DNA of 32,000 bases from Candidatus Saccharimonadota bacterium (GTDB taxonomy: Bacteria; Patescibacteriota; Saccharimonadia; Saccharimonadales; Saccharimonadaceae). This document shows positions 1 to 7,748 of the stretch, piece by piece; the first letter of the stretch is position 1, and every line of letters begins with the position of its first letter. The stretch is taken from positions 370,700-402,699 of the forward strand of contig DIRZ01000003.1 of NCBI GenBank assembly GCA_002421785.1, read 5' to 3'. The notes under the pieces were generated by a model. It did not search any database. It had not been told where the DNA came from and saw only the letters and a list, made by a program, of their open reading frames with translations. The position numbers were made by a program, and so were the translations under genes.

Positions 1-1263
1 CGAAGTAGACGACAAAATCGGCTCACCAGCAGCACCCCTCTGTTTCATGGCATCGACGGTTTGACGAATCGGTAATGGATCATTTGCATTCTTATTGTAG
101 TTTCCGATGGTATATACCTGGGCGACACCGAGCGACAATGTGGCAAACAGTGCGACGACGACTGGAACAGCAACACGCGGGCGTGTCCCATTCATCACCG
201 TCGCAAATGCGATTCCGATTGCCGCAAACCAAAATGGTACGCTTGGCAACAAGTACCGATCAACGAACGATGGGCGAAGTGGCGGCAATGATAACCCTAA
301 GAGCAAGAGAAGCGGTACAATCGCCATAACGAGCATCAAAACATACAGAGAGCGCTGTTCCCCGCGCAGCTTTCGATACGCAAGGACAAGACTCACGATG
401 GTCGTCGCCATAACGAACAGCATCAGCATCGCTAGCCATCCCTGCACCTCATGATTCTCACGATACATGAAGATATTTGTCAGAAAATTAAAGGGCGTTG
501 TAACACTGATTGGCCCTATCCAGAACCCGCCACCCTGCACGGTTGCCATTTGTTTTACCATGTACGGAAGCCATGGCAAGAATAAACCAATAGCAAGCAC
601 ATGAGCCAATACCCACTCTTTCGTCCAAAATACCTTAGCGGTTTTGCGTATGTTTTTGCGCCGTAGGGCAATGTAGCGCCAAGCCCAGTGAGTAATCCAC
701 ATGATTGCGGTGAAGTAGTGCGTCCACATGCCTAACGACACAAGCACCCCATATGTCACCCACTTCCAGCGTGCGGGCTTATGTGTTACATCGACAAGTA
801 CATACGTAGCAGCAGCCACAATCGCCATCACCACACCGTACATTCGCGCTTCTTCAGAATAGCGAATCAGCATGGGAGAAAGCGAGAGCAGTGCAATAGT
901 CCAGGCACCAACACGCACACCAAATGCCCTGCGAACTAGCAAGTACACAAACACGATAGCGATCATAATCATCACCATGCTCAATGAACGTAGCGCAATC
1001 TCGCTATTACCAAACCAGGTCTGCCATATCTTTAACATCCAATAATACAACGGAGGATGGACATCTGTGCTTGTGTATTTAGCAACTTCCAAAAAATTAA
1101 ATCGAATCAAGTACAGTCCATACGCCTCATCAAACCATACTGACCAACGAGCCATATTGCCGAGCGAAAGTAGTCCAAAGAGGCTCAAGCCGACGCCCAA
1201 TATTGCCCAGTCCTTATGCGTTAGCGCTTCGTTTTTTCGAAAGATCTTTTGAAATATGTTCAT
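1..1263 (-). CDS. GT-C fold membrane glycosyltransferase (PMT/ArnT-like, family 39/83 type), 3' end runs off the window
   Basis: Absent from the ORF track because it is open to the window edge. Hand translation from ATG at 1263..1261 gives MNIFQKIFRKNEALTHKDWAILGVGLSLFGLLSLGNMARWSVWFDEAYGLYLIRF... with no stop down to position 1 (421 codons). It is multi-pass hydrophobic and has a first-loop DE motif (WFDEAYG), typical of PMT_2/ArnT enzymes. Confidence 0.6.
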   Translation of the reverse strand, partial: MNIFQKIFRKNEALTHKDWAILGVGLSLFGLLSLGNMARWSVWFDEAYGLYLIRFNFLEVAKYTSTDVHPPLYYWMLKIWQTWFGNSEIALRSLSMVMIMIAIVFVYLLVRRAFGVRVGAWTIALLSLSPMLIRYSEEARMYGVVMAIVAAATYVLVDVTHKPARWKWVTYGVLVSLGMWTHYFTAIMWITHWAWRYIALRRKNIRKTAKVFWTKEWVLAHVLAIGLFLPWLPYMVKQMATVQGGGFWIGPISVTTPFNFLTNIFMYRENHEVQGWLAMLMLFVMATTIVSLVLAYRKLRGEQRSLYVLMLVMAIVPLLLLLGLSLPPLRPSFVDRYLLPSVPFWFAAIGIAFATVMNGTRPRVAVPVVVALFATLSLGVAQVYTIGNYNKNANDPLPIRQTVDAMKQRGAAGEPILSSTS

Positions 1264-1335
1264 AGGTCTTTCTATTGTAGTGGGTCATAGGGCACGTCGC
1301 AAGTGATACCCCTAGCATTCTCTGTTAGTTTGCGA

Positions 1336-1341
1336 TATAAT
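1336..1341 (+). promoter_or_regulatory. candidate -10 box (TATAAT) for tRNA-Pro
   Basis: gaTATAAT lies 18 nt upstream of the tRNA 5' end. The -35 is weak (TAGCAT, 17-nt spacer). Confidence 0.3.
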
Positions 1342-1359
1342 ATCGAACGAAACACCTAT

Positions 1360-1435
1360 CGGGGTGTGGCGCAGTTGATAGCGCGCTCGGTTTGGGACCG
1401 AGAGGTCGAAGGTTTGAGCCCTTTCACCCCGACCA
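1360..1435 (+). tRNA. tRNA-Pro (anticodon UGG), 3' CCA encoded
   Basis: Hand-folded cloverleaf: acceptor CGGGGTG/CACCCCG, D arm GCGC-AGTTGATA-GCGC, anticodon arm CTCGG-TTTGGGA-CCGAG, variable AGGTC, T arm GAAGG-TTTGAGC-CCTTT, discriminator A, CCA. Confidence 0.9.
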
Positions 1436-1446
1436 TTTTGATATAC

Positions 1447-1476
1447 AAACACTTCACTTCCTCGTGAAGTGTTTTT
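1447..1476 (+). terminator. rho-independent terminator after tRNA-Pro
   Basis: Perfect 11-bp stem AAACACTTCAC / GTGAAGTGTTT with 6-nt loop TTCCTC, running into a T tract. Confidence 0.7.
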
Positions 1477-1503
1477 CATACCGATCTTCTGTCTATAATA
1501 CTC

Positions 1504-2121
1504 ATGGTCATATACGATAAACTGGATTATGATATAACTATGCATGAATCACGTTGGCAGCTCCTGGTTGCAAACAGCCTCGGAACTCTTGGGTACTTTT
1601 CTTGCGGAGTGCAGTGGGTATGGGCAACAATTATTCTTTGCTACCCTATCATTTCAGACAAAAATTCATTTCTTTTTAAGCGCGACCTCGCTCCTGTCGT
1701 AACAAATACCCCTCCAACCGAACCATTGCCTCCTGTCATTGGCATCATCCTAATTGTCTTTACCCTCGCCCTGCTCATCATGACGGTCATTATACTTATG
1801 CGCCTACCAAAAACCATTGGAAAGACTGGGGCAAAAATCACCCAGACCGCAAGCGCCGCCATTGTACCAACAATTACTCACCGCAAAAAACTTACGAAAA
1901 AACGACGCTCTTTCCTGACGTACAGAGTAACACTCGCAGTTAAGCTAACAGCCTCTCTGCTTCCGCTTGCTGCGCTATTCTTCGCACCCTCAATACCAGC
2001 CATGCCGATAAACGTTATATGGGCGGTTGCCATATTCTGCTTCATCTGCACGGTGTTTGCTTTTACCCTCCAGGTGCTTGCCGTTCGGTTCTTTAGAATA
2101 CCAACAACTGGTGTTTGGTAG
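1504..2121 (+). CDS. hypothetical multi-pass membrane protein
   Basis: 205-aa ORF with several hydrophobic segments and a basic loop (HRKKLTKKRR). No recognisable family. An alternative start at ATG 1541 is possible. Confidence 0.45.
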   Translation: MVIYDKLDYDITMHESRWQLLVANSLGTLGYFSCGVQWVWATIILCYPIISDKNSFLFKRDLAPVVTNTPPTEPLPPVIGIILIVFTLALLIMTVIILMRLPKTIGKTGAKITQTASAAIVPTITHRKKLTKKRRSFLTYRVTLAVKLTASLLPLAALFFAPSIPAMPINVIWAVAIFCFICTVFAFTLQVLAVRFFRIPTTGVW

Positions 2122-2129
2122 CGCTCGTT

Positions 2130-2157
2130 TTGCATTCCGCTCTGCTCACGCTATAAT
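2130..2157 (+). promoter_or_regulatory. sigma70-type promoter for the S8 protease gene
   Basis: TTGCAT (2130-2135), 16-nt spacer, TATAAT (2152-2157), 15 nt upstream of ATG 2173. Confidence 0.45.
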
Positions 2158-2172
2158 AAAAAGTATAAAACC

Positions 2173-4023
2173 ATGAACACAAACAAAAATCTGACTGCCC
2201 TCCTTTGCTTTAGCACCTTGATTATGTCGGGACTCGTGGTATATGCTGTTTATTTCACGCCAGGCACCCCCACTATCGTGCAGACAATGCCTATTAGCAA
2301 GGATCAGCCTATTGGCGGAGTCGGCACGCCATCAACCGTTCAACAGACTCCTTCCGCCAATAGTCAAGACACGTCCATCCCAGGACAACCCGCCACTTTG
2401 AGTGCGCGTGAGCAACCCAAGGCGACTCCCTCGCCTGTCGATACGCGCCTCGCCCCTAAGCAAGCTGAAATTGCAAAAACAATCGACAAAGAGTACCCCT
2501 ACCAAGCATTCGTCACTCCCAACGATCCATATTACACTCACCCAACTCTAACCCCATGGGCGCTGACACGAACAGGCGCACCGACGGCGTGGGAACAAAC
2601 AACAGGCGCACCGGTTATTGTTGCCGTTATCGACACGGGGTTCGCCCTTCAACATGAAGACCTCATGACTCAGTGGTATCAAAATCCCGGCGAAACCGGC
2701 ACAACAAGTGCGGGGGGTGCCTGCTGGACGGGAGCCGCCCTTAATAAATCAACGAATAATTGTGATGATGACTCAAACGGATATATTGACGATTGGCGTG
2801 GGTGGAATTTTTATGGCCGCTACCAACCAACAGCCGACCCTTGCTCGAGCAGTGGGCTTGGTACTTACGTGTCAAACAACAACCCCCAAGCTGGACAATC
2901 AGGAGATGACATCTTATACCGGGAATTTGAAACCTGCAATGGTTATGCCGCAGATTCGGCAGGTGACCCATATGTCGCCATCTCACATGGCACATCGACA
3001 GCCGGCCTTGCAGGTGCGGCTACCAACAACGGAAAAGGTATCGCTACAATGAACTGGAATGCAAAAATCATGCCGCTTCAAGCGCTGGGCGACGACGGCA
3101 GTGGCTGGACGAGCAGTGTCACTTCGGCGGTTCGCTACGCCGTTGATAATGGCGCCTCTGTGATTAGCCTGAGCCTTGGCGGCATGAGCCTCGATCCTGC
3201 GCTTAAAAATGCCATCGACTACGCTTATAGCCACGACGTAGTTGTTGTTGCAGCAGCTGGAAACTGCGGTACTGGCCAGGAAAACGGCTGCGATTCCTCA
3301 AAGCCCGGCGAAATGGGCTACCCTGCCTTATTTGCCCATGTCATTTCAGTAGGCGCAACAGACGCAACCGACACTCGTGCCAGCTTCAGCAGCTACGGCC
3401 CGGGGCTTGATGTTGTTGCCCCTGGCTCTGGCGCCATAGTTTCACCGCTTATCGCACGCGGAACGACACCAAGTGACGCTGCAACCTTTAATTACACTAA
3501 CGCCTACGCCGGCAGCCTCTATGGCACATCTTTCGCCGCACCAATTGTGGCGAACATCGCGTCCCTCATTCGTGGGCACCGCCCCAGCGCAACCGTGGAC
3601 GAAGTAACGGGCCTGATTGACGGAGCTGCAGCCAAACCTAGCAACATGAGTGGCTATCCGTATACAGATCAATACGGACATGGTCTCATCAACGCAAACA
3701 CCGCGCTCACGATTGCCAGTGCATTCAATCAAACTTCCCCATCACAGCCAGCGCTCGGCCAAACAGGCGATCATCGTTCGGAACACAGCTTTTCAACCAG
3801 TGCCGCGATGAGCAGCGGTTGCACGGCAACCGCCCAAACGTACTGCACTGTTCGCATATCGAACCCCCTTGGATACGACCGCTACCTTCCCTATAGCAAA
3901 ACAAGCGCAGCGGGTACCGTGGGCTGGCAATGGCCTGGCTCAATTCTTGGCAGCGGCGAGTGGAGTGTTCGAGCGACCCAGGGCGCCACGCAGTCCGCAT
4001 CCTATTTCTTGTTCTCAAAGTAG
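2173..4023 (+). CDS. subtilisin-like serine protease (peptidase S8) with N-terminal membrane anchor/signal and low-complexity linker
   Basis: Catalytic triad motifs VIDTGF (Asp), SHGTSTAG (His) and GTSFAAPIVA (Ser). Ca-binding style DDDSNGYIDDWRGWNF. Hydrophobic N-terminus LLCFSTLIMSGLVVYAVYF followed by a P/T/S/Q-rich linker. Confidence 0.9.
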   Translation: MNTNKNLTALLCFSTLIMSGLVVYAVYFTPGTPTIVQTMPISKDQPIGGVGTPSTVQQTPSANSQDTSIPGQPATLSAREQPKATPSPVDTRLAPKQAEIAKTIDKEYPYQAFVTPNDPYYTHPTLTPWALTRTGAPTAWEQTTGAPVIVAVIDTGFALQHEDLMTQWYQNPGETGTTSAGGACWTGAALNKSTNNCDDDSNGYIDDWRGWNFYGRYQPTADPCSSSGLGTYVSNNNPQAGQSGDDILYREFETCNGYAADSAGDPYVAISHGTSTAGLAGAATNNGKGIATMNWNAKIMPLQALGDDGSGWTSSVTSAVRYAVDNGASVISLSLGGMSLDPALKNAIDYAYSHDVVVVAAAGNCGTGQENGCDSSKPGEMGYPALFAHVISVGATDATDTRASFSSYGPGLDVVAPGSGAIVSPLIARGTTPSDAATFNYTNAYAGSLYGTSFAAPIVANIASLIRGHRPSATVDEVTGLIDGAAAKPSNMSGYPYTDQYGHGLINANTALTIASAFNQTSPSQPALGQTGDHRSEHSFSTSAAMSSGCTATAQTYCTVRISNPLGYDRYLPYSKTSAAGTVGWQWPGSILGSGEWSVRATQGATQSASYFLFSK

Positions 4024-4075
4024 CCTAGCCGTACAACCATATTTAGGTTATACTAATTATGACTATAGGGGTATT

Positions 4076-4687
4076 ATGTTAACGATAAAAAAACAGCATA
4101 AAAAGCGGACCCGTTCGAGTGTTTTAACACTCTTTACTGTACTACTTCTGGGTGGTGGTGGCTACTTGCTTTCGCTTGTCGCAGCGCCAACCGTTGCACC
4201 CATCATCAGCATGAAACCAATCAACGTCAACGCGCTGCCAGTCCCCGTTCCGACTGACAATCGAATCGTCATTCCTAAGATTGGCGTCAATATTGCCTAC
4301 GGCCCCGGCCAAGACTCGCTTGATAATGGTGCCGAATGGCGCTACCCTGAACGGGGCAACCCCGACACGGGCGGAAACTTTATTATTGCCGCACACCGCT
4401 TCACCCTCGCACCCACACCAACCGAAACAATCCGTAAGTCACCTTTTTACCACATCGAAAAACTTGTACTCGGCGACAAAATTGTCATTGACTACAAGGG
4501 TATTCGTTACGGCTACGAGATTACTAAGGTATTTGACGTAAAACCAGACCAAACAGAAATCGAAGCGCCTTCAAGTGACGACAAACTAACGCTCTATAGC
4601 TGTGAGCTTAGCGGCCCAGAAGCTGGGCGTGTTGTTATCGTTGCAAAACCCCTCGGCAAAGTTGCCCTCGCGAAATCAGATAGTTAA
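4076..4687 (+). CDS. sortase family transpeptidase (N-terminal TM anchor)
   Basis: His motif NFIIAAHR, Cys motif LTLYSCE (TLxTC-like), downstream Arg (GRVVIVA), N-terminal TM VLTLFTVLLLGGGGYLL. Start moved to ATG 4076, preceded by AGGGG. The track start at 3869 overlaps the S8 gene. Confidence 0.8.
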   Translation: MLTIKKQHKKRTRSSVLTLFTVLLLGGGGYLLSLVAAPTVAPIISMKPINVNALPVPVPTDNRIVIPKIGVNIAYGPGQDSLDNGAEWRYPERGNPDTGGNFIIAAHRFTLAPTPTETIRKSPFYHIEKLVLGDKIVIDYKGIRYGYEITKVFDVKPDQTEIEAPSSDDKLTLYSCELSGPEAGRVVIVAKPLGKVALAKSDS

Positions 4688-5175
4688 ATATCGGTTTGTG
4701 GGGTTGAGTGAAATATTTGCTCATCGTAGCCACTCGTCCCGCCAGCCCACAGCTTGGTTGACTGCGAGTAATAGCGGTCACCGTCCAGTATTTGTTGTCT
4801 CGTCACTACCGCGATTTCTGCAATCTCATGTTCGTCAAGCTGAATACCCGCGATGTCATCGTCATCGATACGTCCTTCGAACACGAACTGATAGGTCTGC
4901 GCAATATCACTCACCCTGTCAGCAACCAACCGAAACTGCAGCGTATCCGGATTGACGCGTATCCCGACTTCTTCTAGCACCTCCCGGGCAGCAGCCTGCC
5001 GGGGAGTCTCGCCACGATCGATGACGCCGCCAGGAAAAGACCAATAGCGTTTATATGTCGCCTTTACGACAACCACCCTATCGTCAGCGGTCGTTAGCGC
5101 GACAGCGCCACTCGACATACGCTTCTCGAGCGTGTCCATCCATACAACTGTTTCTTGTTGACTAAATTCCTTCAT
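4684..5175 (-). CDS. NUDIX hydrolase
   Basis: Nudix box GGVIDRGETPRQAAAREVLEEVG (GX5EX7REUXEEXGU). ATG 5175 is preferred over the GTG at 5199, which lies inside rny. Confidence 0.8.
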   Translation of the reverse strand: MKEFSQQETVVWMDTLEKRMSSGAVALTTADDRVVVVKATYKRYWSFPGGVIDRGETPRQAAAREVLEEVGIRVNPDTLQFRLVADRVSDIAQTYQFVFEGRIDDDDIAGIQLDEHEIAEIAVVTRQQILDGDRYYSQSTKLWAGGTSGYDEQIFHSTPQTDI

Positions 5176-5176
5176 G

Positions 5177-6664
5177 CTACTTTGCGAATTCGATGGCACG
5201 TGTTTCGCGAATCACATTCACTTTTATCGTTCCTGGATACTGCATCGTGCTTTCAATTTTGTTAGCGATATCTCGAGCCAGCTTAATGGCGCTCAAATCA
5301 TCAATTGATTCTGGTCGCACAATCACACGAACCTCACGACCGGCACTAATAGCATAGGCTTTATCAATACCCTTAAACCCAAGGGCAATATTTTCTAGGT
5401 CACGCATGCGCTCAGCAAAGTTTTCCGCGCTAATGTTGCGAGCACCCGGACGTGCTGCGCTAATTGCGTCACACACTCGCACGATGAGAGCTTCTGGCGT
5501 GGTTGCGTCGATATCATCATGGTGCGCTTCAATTGCGTGTACGATGTCTTCGCTCAAACCAGCCTTGCGAGCCAACTCAGCGCCGATATGGTGGTGCTTA
5601 CCCTCGACCTTATGCGTGACCGCTTTGCCCATATCATGGAGCAAAGTCGCAATCTTCGTGACACGAACATCGGCACCAATCTCATTCGCAATCAGCCCAG
5701 CCATATGTGCCATTTCAGTGCTATGCATTAATACATTCTGGCCGAAGCTGGTGCGGTATTTTAGTTCGCCGAGTAGCTGTAACAGTTCGCGCGGAATGCC
5801 CGTCACGCCCACTTCACGTGCAGCATCTTCGCCGGCGCGAATTACTTCCTTTTCTATCTGCTTCTCAGCTTTAGCAAACACCTCTTCGATGCGGCCCGGG
5901 TGAATGCGCCCGTCCTTCATCAACATTTCCAAGCCAACACGCGCCACTTGGCGACGAATCGGGTCAAAGCTGCTTAGAACGACCATGCCTGGGGTATCGT
6001 CAACCAAGAAGTCGACGCCTGTGGCGCGCTGCATTGCCTGGATATTGCGGCCCTCTTTGCCAATAATGCGGCCTTTCATTTCCTCATCGAGCAACTTGAC
6101 GGCAGTGACGGTACGCTCAGAGGTCACTTCGCTTGCCATGCGCTCCATTGCACTCAGAATAATCAGCTGGCCTCGTTCTTCTGCGTCGTCAACGGCATCT
6201 TTTTGGAGCTTCGTTACTAAGCCCAACAAGTCATCTTTAATGTCGCGCTCGGTCATTTGCATCAGCTTTTCAGCGGCATCTTTCTTCTTCAGCCCAGCAA
6301 TTTTCTCAAGCTTCTCTTGCTGTCTGGTACGAATTTCACGAATTTCACTTTTCAGCGATTCAACCTCGTCCTCTGCACTTCGTAGCTTTTCGCTTCGCTT
6401 ATCAAGCTCGTCTAATTTACGGTCAAGCGAACCTTCGCGGTCAACAAGTCGGTTTTCGACTTTTTGCAACTCACGTCGGCGCTCTTGCTCAATTCGCAGT
6501 GCATCGTCCTTGGCTTTCAATATAATGTCACTTGCCTTTCGCTCCGCTTTCGCGACAAGTCCCTCGGCCTTATGCTTGTTCCGATTACTACGCTGTGTGT
6601 CGTAGGCAAATTTCCCCCCTATACCAGCAAGCAGACCGATAACTGCGGCAATAAACTCTATCAT
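5177..6664 (-). CDS. rny: ribonuclease Y
   Basis: N-terminal TM helix, long charged coiled coil, KH motif GRIIGKEGRNIQ and HD domain (LLHDMGK, EAHHDD). The C-terminal end is typical of RNase Y. AGGA lies 7 nt upstream of the ATG. Confidence 0.95.
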   Translation of the reverse strand: MIEFIAAVIGLLAGIGGKFAYDTQRSNRNKHKAEGLVAKAERKASDIILKAKDDALRIEQERRRELQKVENRLVDREGSLDRKLDELDKRSEKLRSAEDEVESLKSEIREIRTRQQEKLEKIAGLKKKDAAEKLMQMTERDIKDDLLGLVTKLQKDAVDDAEERGQLIILSAMERMASEVTSERTVTAVKLLDEEMKGRIIGKEGRNIQAMQRATGVDFLVDDTPGMVVLSSFDPIRRQVARVGLEMLMKDGRIHPGRIEEVFAKAEKQIEKEVIRAGEDAAREVGVTGIPRELLQLLGELKYRTSFGQNVLMHSTEMAHMAGLIANEIGADVRVTKIATLLHDMGKAVTHKVEGKHHHIGAELARKAGLSEDIVHAIEAHHDDIDATTPEALIVRVCDAISAARPGARNISAENFAERMRDLENIALGFKGIDKAYAISAGREVRVIVRPESIDDLSAIKLARDIANKIESTMQYPGTIKVNVIRETRAIEFAK

Positions 6665-6769
6665 AATGGTTCCTTTCTTCTAGCCCAGGAATACCTGCAT
6701 GTTGAGATATACGAGAAAACGACGCGTACACAGATAAGGATACTGAACTGGAAATTTCAAAAAATGGTT

Positions 6770-6804
6770 AAAAAATTATCAAACAGCTATAAAAGTAGCT
6801 GTTT
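6770..6804 (-). terminator. possible terminator downstream of tsaB
   Basis: 9-bp stem AAACAGCTA/TAGCTGTTT with a 6-nt loop. On the minus strand it is followed by GATAATTTTT, so the T tract is not adjacent to the stem and the call is weak. Confidence 0.3.
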
Positions 6805-6839
6805 CTATTGTAGCGCCGCATACCCCAGCGTGGCAATGT

Positions 6840-7226
6840 TTATTTTCGTGGTTTTGTGACGTGCGCATCGCCACCGTATTCTGGGAGTACAATGTGGTCA
6901 TTATCTCCATGTAAAAGTCGCTCGAGGCATTTTTCTTCCCAGCCATCACCTTGTTCACCAACAATCGGCACATGATTCGCCTGGGCCAGTGTGTTTAGAA
7001 CAGTCAGTCCAATGCGGAGCCCCGTGAAACTACCAGGCCCACGGAATACGCCGATGCCCTCAATATCATCAAGCGTTGCGTCATGCTCCGCCAACCTATC
7101 GCGCATATACGCCAGCATATCGCGAGCAAGGGTGCGGTCAGCCTGCCATTCCTGTGCGACTCGCACACCCTCTTTCACAAGTACCATTCGAACGAGCATG
7201 TCAGCGCTATTCCATAGCACTATCAT
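6840..7226 (-). CDS. tsaB: short TsaB-like protein (t6A biosynthesis, N-terminal domain only)
   Basis: GVFRGPGSFTGLRIGLTVLNTLA matches the TsaB GPGSFTGxRIG motif. Only 128 aa. ATGA overlap with tsaE. Confidence 0.7.
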   Translation of the reverse strand: MIVLWNSADMLVRMVLVKEGVRVAQEWQADRTLARDMLAYMRDRLAEHDATLDDIEGIGVFRGPGSFTGLRIGLTVLNTLAQANHVPIVGEQGDGWEEKCLERLLHGDNDHIVLPEYGGDAHVTKPRK

Positions 7227-7678
7227 GCCAGGGCCTCCAAGAGCGCACGGGACGTTTCTCCACCTGCGGTCAGCCGAAGCAATCGAGACTCTTCGCTAGG
7301 AGAAACAATTTTAATCTGCAGGACATCACTTGGCAATACGCCAGCAACAAGTTCCGCCCACTCAAGAATCGTAGTAGTCTGACAGTCAGATAATGACTCG
7401 GCGAGCTCGATACTCATAATTCCCGCATCAACAAGTCGATAAAAATCATAATGCGCGAGATGCCGTCCACCCGGCGCTTCATACACCCGGCTTATCGTAA
7501 ATGTAGGGCTCTGAACATCATCAACCACCCCCATCCCTCGGGCGATACCTTTGGTTAATGTCGTTTTGCCTACACCAACATCTCCTACAAGTTCAATCAC
7601 CTCACCACCCCTGAGTAGGGCACCAAGGCGCGAACCGAAATTCTTCATTTCGTCACTCGAGTTGACTACAAGTTCCAT
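7223..7678 (-). CDS. tsaE: tRNA t6A37 biosynthesis ATPase TsaE
   Basis: P-loop GDVGVGKTTLTKGIARGMG, SPTFT motif and HYDFYR motif. Start set to ATG 7678. The track extension to 7933 overlaps pilB on the opposite strand. Confidence 0.85.
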   Translation of the reverse strand: MELVVNSSDEMKNFGSRLGALLRGGEVIELVGDVGVGKTTLTKGIARGMGVVDDVQSPTFTISRVYEAPGGRHLAHYDFYRLVDAGIMSIELAESLSDCQTTTILEWAELVAGVLPSDVLQIKIVSPSEESRLLRLTAGGETSRALLEALA

Positions 7679-7687
7679 ATAGGTGTT

Positions 7688-7696
7688 AGTATAGCA
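7688..7696 (-). promoter_or_regulatory. extended -10 promoter (TGcTATACT) for tsaE-tsaB
   Basis: Minus-strand TGCTATACT lies 9 nt upstream of ATG 7678. Confidence 0.45.
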
Positions 7697-7748
7697 CATT
7701 TCCTCTAGCGACGTTGGGCGCATCTGTAGTACAATAGACATAAGTGGT

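Noticed and set aside
1790-1830. LPKTIG in the 205-aa membrane protein as a possible sortase (LPxTG-like) signal
   Set aside because: The motif has an extra residue and follows a TM helix in the middle of the protein. A true sorting signal precedes a C-terminal TM helix and basic tail.
3869-4075. N-terminal extensions offered by the ORF track: sortase from 3869, tsaE to 7933, recA to 15880, ruvA to 19175, ruvC to 21983, NUDIX to 5199, ruvB to 18068.
   Set aside because: The track uses the longest ATG/GTG/TTG ORF. The extensions overlap neighbouring conserved genes, add non-homologous residues before canonical N-termini, and internal starts have better SD or -10 context.
4684-5199. NUDIX, HIT (18022..18489) and HD (21922..22578) genes as parts of an anti-phage defence or toxin-antitoxin system
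   Set aside because: Each is a lone small hydrolase embedded in and translationally coupled to housekeeping genes. None has partner sensor, effector, nuclease or antitoxin genes nearby.
5904-6605. 233-aa Ser/Arg-rich ORF on the plus strand, plus 5406..5903
   Set aside because: It is antisense to the unmistakable RNase Y gene. The low-complexity composition is what a reverse-read E/K/R/L-rich coiled coil gives. No start context.
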